Shown piece after piece: positions 58,936 through 64,000 of a stretch of 64,000 nt of DNA. A program made the position numbers and the translations under genes. Under the pieces are notes generated by a model, which saw only the letters and a list, made by a program, of their open reading frames with translations, did no database searches and was not told where the DNA came from. Every line of letters begins with the position of its first letter. The first letter of the stretch is position 1. This DNA is from an uncultured Chlorobiaceae bacterium (GTDB lineage: Bacteria > Bacteroidota > Ignavibacteria > UBA10030 > SZUA-254): NCBI GenBank assembly GCA_964471945.1, contig CAYYIJ010000001.1, forward strand, positions 48,168 through 112,167. The letters run 5' to 3'.

Positions 58936-60126
58936 ATGACAACTAATTATGAATTTTTCAGAGGTTTCAAGTTATTTGTAATATTATTTTTTTTGTTGTT
59001 GTTAGTCGAGGATACTGGACATTCCCAGATCGTTCAGGATTCTTCTCTCTCGGTAATCCTTGAACGTGCGTATTCTCTTTTGGATAGCAATCCTAACGAG
59101 GCGGAACGTTTGTTTGAAAGTGCTATATCAATCGAACCGATGAATGTTGATTATCGGAGACAACTCGGATATATATATAACTCACTTCAAAAATATGATC
59201 TTGCTTTGCAACAATTTTACTTTGCTGAAAGTCTATACCCATCAGACACAATAAAATTGCAGATTGCTTATACATATTTACTTGTTGACCAAAAAGAAAA
59301 AGCCGAGAAAATTTTAGAAGAACTCGAATCAAGTTCATCCCAAGATATTAAAATAAAAGCTCGAGAGGAGTTAAAAGTAATCCAAGAGAGGCAATCCAAT
59401 TGGTGGACGCGTATTTACACCGCAGCATTTTATGATACCCGGTGGGAGACATCATTTTTACAAGCTGAAATGCAGCGTGGATACTTCCTGACCGATGATA
59501 AAATCCTTAGCGGTTTTGGTTTCATCATGCTATCTGGTGATGCACGTTCACGTGGTGGTCTTACGCCTATGATTATATCTGATAATTCTCTAATACTTGG
59601 ATTAGGGATTAATATTAAACCACTTGAAGGATTTCAAATTAATATACAAGATGGTTTAGCTTTTGATTTAATCGCTGAAGGCACTTTATTAAAACCAAAA
59701 AATGATTTTCGGACAGTTGCAATTTATTCGTACGGAATTTATCCTACGTTTACATACAACTCTAAATTTAAAACTCCATATACACCGTTTGCCGATATCT
59801 ATTCATCCGTTGGATATTATTCACGTTACCAGAACAGTATCGGGTATCTTCAGGGAAGATTGGGACTTCGCATGATAGAAGTGTCGTACACTGCTGTTGA
59901 TATTTTTTCGAAGGGCAATTTAGTTCGCGACACCGAAAAAGAATTTTACAATAATCTAGTCGAAGGTGGAATTGGAATTCAAATTATACCCCATATCGAA
60001 TGGGGAGTTTATTTATCGGCGGAATATGATGTTGGTCAGTATTTAAATTATTTCGGTAGTCCTAATCCATATAAACGTTATTACAGTATGTGTAGATATT
60101 TTCTAATATTTGAACGTTCCTTCTGA
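58936..60126 (+). CDS. Exported TPR-repeat protein, possibly an outer-membrane TPR/beta-barrel partner of the downstream synthase.
   Basis: Signal peptide begins at the internal Met (MTTNYEFFRGFKLFVILFFLLLL). N-terminal TPR-like repeats and a C-terminal aromatic-rich beta region ending in F. Confidence 0.45.
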   Translation: MTTNYEFFRGFKLFVILFFLLLLVEDTGHSQIVQDSSLSVILERAYSLLDSNPNEAERLFESAISIEPMNVDYRRQLGYIYNSLQKYDLALQQFYFAESLYPSDTIKLQIAYTYLLVDQKEKAEKILEELESSSSQDIKIKAREELKVIQERQSNWWTRIYTAAFYDTRWETSFLQAEMQRGYFLTDDKILSGFGFIMLSGDARSRGGLTPMIISDNSLILGLGINIKPLEGFQINIQDGLAFDLIAEGTLLKPKNDFRTVAIYSYGIYPTFTYNSKFKTPYTPFADIYSSVGYYSRYQNSIGYLQGRLGLRMIEVSYTAVDIFSKGNLVRDTEKEFYNNLVEGGIGIQIIPHIEWGVYLSAEYDVGQYLNYFGSPNPYKRYYSMCRYFLIFERSF

Positions 60127-60129
60127 CAT

Positions 60130-61542
60130 ATGATTGACTGGTTAATCGAAATATTTCGCGCTTCATACTCAACATTGTATATGGCGACCTTTATTGTTGC
60201 AACCTTTCTATTCATGAGTGGTTTAGACGATTTATTTGTTGATATGTATTATTGGGTTCACCATCTATTCATGCGAAAGAAGTTCAATAAATTTCGATAT
60301 GAATCTCCTGAAAAGCTCCATCAAATTGTTGAGAAACCCATCGCTATTTATATACCAGCATGGCATGAATACGAGGTTATAGATAAAATGTTAATCAACG
60401 CTTGCAGCACAATTCAATATAAAAACTACGATATATTTGTCGGTGTTTATCCGAACGACCCTGCTACTCTCATGAAAGTTGATCAAATCAGCAGGCAATT
60501 TCCAAATGTTCATGCAGTGATATCCGAAAAAGAGGGACCGACAACTAAAGCAGATAATCTTAATCAGATACATGAAGGAATGATTCGGTGGGAGAACAGA
60601 ACGGGAATACGATATGATATTATTGTAATGCACGATTCAGAAGATGTTGTTCATCCCATGTCTTTAAAGATCCATAATGCATTAATTCCTGAGTACGATA
60701 TGGTACAAATGCCAGTGTTTCCGTTGAACACAAATCATTTAAATCTTGTGCATTGGACTTATGCAGATGAATTTGCAGAATACCATACAAAAGATCTCTT
60801 CGTTCGCCAGCATTTTAGTGGATTCGTGCCATCAGCAGGTGTCGGAACTGCATTCAACCGCTGGATCATCGAATTTATCGGTACGTCGTATGCGAAAAAT
60901 ATTTTCCGTTCTACCTCGCTCACAGAAGATTATGACCTCGCATTGCGATTAGCATTAGGAAAAGCAAATCTTTTATTTACATATAAACCATTTGGAATTA
61001 ACTGTGCAACCCGCGGGTATTTTCCACATTCGATGAAAGCATCTATAAAACAAAAAAGCAGGTGGATTACCGGTATTTGTCTCCAATCATGGCAAACTAT
61101 TGGTTGGAAAGGTGATGCTAAGTTCAGATTTGTACTATACCGCGACCGAAAAGCAATCATTACGAATCTTATAAACTTTTTTGCCTATGTCGTAATACTT
61201 TATTTAATTCTTTATGAAGGGATTCGGTTTGGATTCGCTGCGTATCGCCAACTTCCACCGATCGTTGTTAAAGGAACCATATTGTGGGATCTCGTTGTAA
61301 TTGATAGTGTTCTGATGCTATGGCGAATAGTACATAGATTCATAACGGTGCGGCGTGTATATGGTTTTTGGGCGGCATTCCTGAGTGTAATTCGATTACC
61401 GGTCTCGAACATTATTAATTTTAGTGCAACTGGAAGGGCGTTATTTCAATTCACAAGGGCGGCATTTCGTAAGAAGGAATTAAGATGGGAAAAGACAGCA
61501 CATCATTTTCCTGCTGAATCAGAACATGCAACCCACTATTAA
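60130..61542 (+). CDS. Processive family-2 glycosyltransferase (polysaccharide synthase; BcsA/PgaC-like catalytic core).
   Basis: N- and C-terminal TM helices. Motifs VGVYPNDP, TTKADNLN, HDSEDVVHP (DxD-type) and QKSRW (QxxRW). Confidence 0.7.
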   Translation: MIDWLIEIFRASYSTLYMATFIVATFLFMSGLDDLFVDMYYWVHHLFMRKKFNKFRYESPEKLHQIVEKPIAIYIPAWHEYEVIDKMLINACSTIQYKNYDIFVGVYPNDPATLMKVDQISRQFPNVHAVISEKEGPTTKADNLNQIHEGMIRWENRTGIRYDIIVMHDSEDVVHPMSLKIHNALIPEYDMVQMPVFPLNTNHLNLVHWTYADEFAEYHTKDLFVRQHFSGFVPSAGVGTAFNRWIIEFIGTSYAKNIFRSTSLTEDYDLALRLALGKANLLFTYKPFGINCATRGYFPHSMKASIKQKSRWITGICLQSWQTIGWKGDAKFRFVLYRDRKAIITNLINFFAYVVILYLILYEGIRFGFAAYRQLPPIVVKGTILWDLVVIDSVLMLWRIVHRFITVRRVYGFWAAFLSVIRLPVSNIINFSATGRALFQFTRAAFRKKELRWEKTAHHFPAESEHATHY

Positions 61543-61578
61543 TTATTTAAAAACAATCAAATTCATAGGAGGAAACGA

Positions 61579-61947
61579 ATGAGCAAACAGATTCGGATTT
61601 TATATGTGGATGATGAAGATCATTTAAGATTCTTAGTCCAACACCAGTTATCGGATGAGGGATTTTATATCGAAACTGCGGACGACGGTGATACTGCGTT
61701 AGAGATGTTGAAAGAAAAAAGTTATGACGTTATTTTATTAGATATTCGAATGCCGCGAGTGAATGGCTTGGAAGTATTAAAATATTTAAAACAAAGAAAG
61801 GTTACATCTCGCATTATCATGTTGACTGGGGTTGATGATCTCGCTGTAGCTCTTGAAGCTGTCAAGAGCGGTGCTATAGATTATCTAACAAAGCCGTATG
61901 AGATAAAGGATCTAACCAGAGCTATAATGCGGAGTGTTGCTAAATAA
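61579..61947 (+). CDS. Stand-alone response-regulator receiver (CheY-like) protein.
   Basis: 122 aa. DDE...D(55)...K receiver residues in ILYVDDEDHL...ILLDIRMP...KP. Good RBS ggagga. Confidence 0.85.
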   Translation: MSKQIRILYVDDEDHLRFLVQHQLSDEGFYIETADDGDTALEMLKEKSYDVILLDIRMPRVNGLEVLKYLKQRKVTSRIIMLTGVDDLAVALEAVKSGAIDYLTKPYEIKDLTRAIMRSVAK

Positions 61948-62016
61948 TTTTTTTAAGTAGAGAGATGCAATGATATCGAATGCTTTGCATCTTCAGAATA
62001 AAATATGTAATTTATT

Positions 62017-62117
62017 TTAGTTATTGGGGTCAAGTCCTATGCAACGGGAAACTTCCAAACCCCGTCAGGTCCGGAAGGAAGCAGCGGTACGAAGCTATTT
62101 TCGTGTGACGTGGGGAA
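62017..62117 (+). ncRNA. ffs: Signal recognition particle RNA (small/4.5S type).
   Basis: Contains the near-invariant domain IV sequence GUCAGGUCCGGAAGGAAGCAGC. The 5' ggggtcaagtcc and 3' ggaagcttgacc can pair as a closing helix. Confidence 0.7.
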
Positions 62118-62427
62118 GCTTGACCTCTTTCTTTTCATTATTGCAATCCAACCGAGAATTTCTTATTTTATATCTGTCAAATCTATAAATTAAACGAATT
62201 TTTAATTATTTTAATGTTTAGTAATATAGCAACAGGTCAGTGGTTAACGATGTTGGGTATGATAATACAACGAATTTATCTCCCCCAAAAGGGGATTTTA
62301 CCCATTTCGTTCCAGGGCTTCGCCGCGGCATCGATCCGTTGGCGCCGTTGTACTAATGAATTAATGGATCTTCACCGGGTACTCCAAAAAATATCTGGGA
62401 ACGATTCGAAGGGACGAAGTAATAACA

Positions 62428-64000
62428 ATGCGAAAAGAAATTATTATCAATGCTATTGCCAACGAAATACGGATCGCCATCACGGAGGATGGTCGCTTAG
62501 CAGAGCTATTTGTTGAAACTCCAGAAAAAGAGCGATCGGTAGGCGATATATATTTAGGGAAGGTTGCCAAAGTAATGCCCGGCATCAGAGCTGCATTCAT
62601 CAACTTGGGTTTGAAACAAGATGCATTTCTCCATTTTTCTGACATCGGAAACTCTTTTGGTGAATATTCTTCTCTTATTGGGGATGAAGACTCTGATGTT
62701 GATATTGAGGAAGACAACGATGGAGATGAAATTGCCGTGGAAAATGGGTCCCAAACATCTGACATCAAAACAACCCTGCCACGAAGGACTACACAATCAG
62801 TATCACAAATTAAGCGACAAGGGCTCAAAGAGAATGGAAAAGACAGATCGATTCCGGAGCTGAAAAGAGGACAGGATATCCTTGTTCAGGTAACGAAAGA
62901 ACCTATAGGAAAAAAAGGAGTTAGAGTTACGTCCGAAGTTTCTTTACCTGGTCGTTTCCTAGTTTTACTCCCATTTGAGGGTAAGATTGGTGTTTCCAAA
63001 AAACTTCAGAATTTCAAAGAGAAGCGGCGTCTTCGCCGAATAGTCAGAAGTATGCTTCCAGAAACTTTTGGAGCGATCATTCGGACTGTTGCGCAAGAAC
63101 AAGATGAAGCAACTCTAAAGCAAGATATTGAATCACTCCTTTCAAACTGGCGAGACATTGAAAAAAGTATCAAATCGGAAGACGCTCCTACACTTGTTTA
63201 TAAAGATATGACCACGACATCGAGTGTAATTCGTGATCTCTTTTCCGAATCTGTTGATCGCATTGTCGTTGACTCAAAGAAATTATTTAAAGAGATTCGG
63301 TTATATGTAAAATCAGTCTCACCTGAACTTGTAGATAAAATCGAGCTATACAAAGAACGTGAACCTGTTTTCGATACTTTTGAGGTCGAGAAAGAAATTG
63401 TTGCTGCCTTAAGTCGGAAAGTTTGGCTTAAAAGTGGAGGGTATATCATTATAGAGCAGACCGAGGCGATGGTCGTTATTGATGTCAATAGCGGAAGGTA
63501 TGCAGCGAAAAGAGAACAAGAATTAAATTCGCTAAGAACTAATCTTGAAGCTTCACGCGAAATTTGCAGGCAGCTCCGGCTGCGTGACATAGGCGGAATA
63601 ATCGTTGTCGATTTTATTGACTTAGAAGAAGAGAAGAATCGTAAAAAAGTTTATGATGAACTACGGAAAGAATTTAGGCGCGATAGAGCCAAAGTAACAG
63701 TTTTACCAATGACCGAAATCGGTATTGTCCAAATCACTCGCCAACGGATTCGACAGAATATCTTGAGTAGCTTTAGCGAGCCATGTCCCGTTTGTGGTGG
63801 GGGAGGTATGGTCGAATCAAAATCTAGTATTGTAAATCATATCGAGCGATGGATCCGCCGTTTTAAGGCAGAATCACATGAATTCCGCTTGAAACTCAAA
63901 GTCCATTCCAATATCGCACAATATTTACGAGAAGGAACGATAAGTCGAATTACGAAAATGATGTTTCGTTATCGTCTAATTATACGCATTGAAGAAGATG
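62428..64000 (+). CDS. Ribonuclease G/E family (Rne/Rng), 3'-partial; continues past the right edge.
   Basis: Open frame from the ATG at 62428 to the window end, with no stop. S1 domain GDIYLGKVAKVMPGIRAAFINLG. Catalytic-domain segments DIGGIIVVDFID and PCPVCGGGG (Zn-link). Confidence 0.85.
   Translation, partial: MRKEIIINAIANEIRIAITEDGRLAELFVETPEKERSVGDIYLGKVAKVMPGIRAAFINLGLKQDAFLHFSDIGNSFGEYSSLIGDEDSDVDIEEDNDGDEIAVENGSQTSDIKTTLPRRTTQSVSQIKRQGLKENGKDRSIPELKRGQDILVQVTKEPIGKKGVRVTSEVSLPGRFLVLLPFEGKIGVSKKLQNFKEKRRLRRIVRSMLPETFGAIIRTVAQEQDEATLKQDIESLLSNWRDIEKSIKSEDAPTLVYKDMTTTSSVIRDLFSESVDRIVVDSKKLFKEIRLYVKSVSPELVDKIELYKEREPVFDTFEVEKEIVAALSRKVWLKSGGYIIIEQTEAMVVIDVNSGRYAAKREQELNSLRTNLEASREICRQLRLRDIGGIIVVDFIDLEEEKNRKKVYDELRKEFRRDRAKVTVLPMTEIGIVQITRQRIRQNILSSFSEPCPVCGGGGMVESKSSIVNHIERWIRRFKAESHEFRLKLKVHSNIAQYLREGTISRITKMMFRYRLIIRIEED

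Noticed and set aside
62214-62516. 100-aa plus-strand ORF between the SRP RNA and rng.
   Set aside because: It is out of frame with, and overlapped by, the clear RNase G/E start at 62428. It has no homology and is probably 5' UTR.
1-64000. CRISPR arrays, rRNA genes, tmRNA, RNase P RNA.
   Set aside because: No regularly spaced direct repeats with unique spacers were found, and no recognisable rRNA/tmRNA/RNase P conserved blocks. The only direct/inverted repeats are the MITE/REP-like families described.

Overview
This 64-kb window is low-GC (~37-40%) bacterial chromosome. Several large secreted proteins end in the T9SS type-A motif NYPNPFNP...IYD/N..G..V. Together with a grpE-dnaJ pair lacking dnaK and a GCH1-PTPS-SDR pterin cluster, this points to the Bacteroidota/Ignavibacteriota/Chlorobiota group, which is an inference. 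Most of the window is housekeeping: hisS, lgt, rlmB, plsY, a split transketolase, htrA, purB, an RND efflux pair, grpE-dnaJ, coaD, rsmD, three tandem peroxiredoxins, folE, an OPT/pepT peptide-uptake operon, an SRP RNA, and rng/rne running off the right edge.

The accessory content sits in three places. (1) The left ~6.4 kb is a genomic island next to tRNA-Pro(GGG). It carries a degenerate tyrosine integrase, a 1125-aa PLD-nuclease/SNF2-helicase fusion, a DUF1016 (YhcG) PD-(D/E)XK nuclease, and the N-terminus of a further large protein whose PD-(D/E)XK-like domain resembles MmeI/YeeA-type Type IIG enzymes. This looks like a DISARM-class-1 / YeeABC-like defence module and continues beyond the left edge. 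(2) An AAA_21 ATPase + RloB-family pair, AbiLi/AbiLii-like, sits in a lower-GC islet. (3) A DUF4258/DUF2283 toxin-antitoxin-like pair is inserted between the two transketolase subunit genes.

Two families of short intergenic MITE/REP-like repeats are present. One copy is a 177-bp element with 14-bp terminal inverted repeats and a 5-bp GAGTA target-site duplication; it abuts the surviving C-terminal half of an Fe/Mn superoxide dismutase gene. No CRISPR array or rRNA gene was seen.
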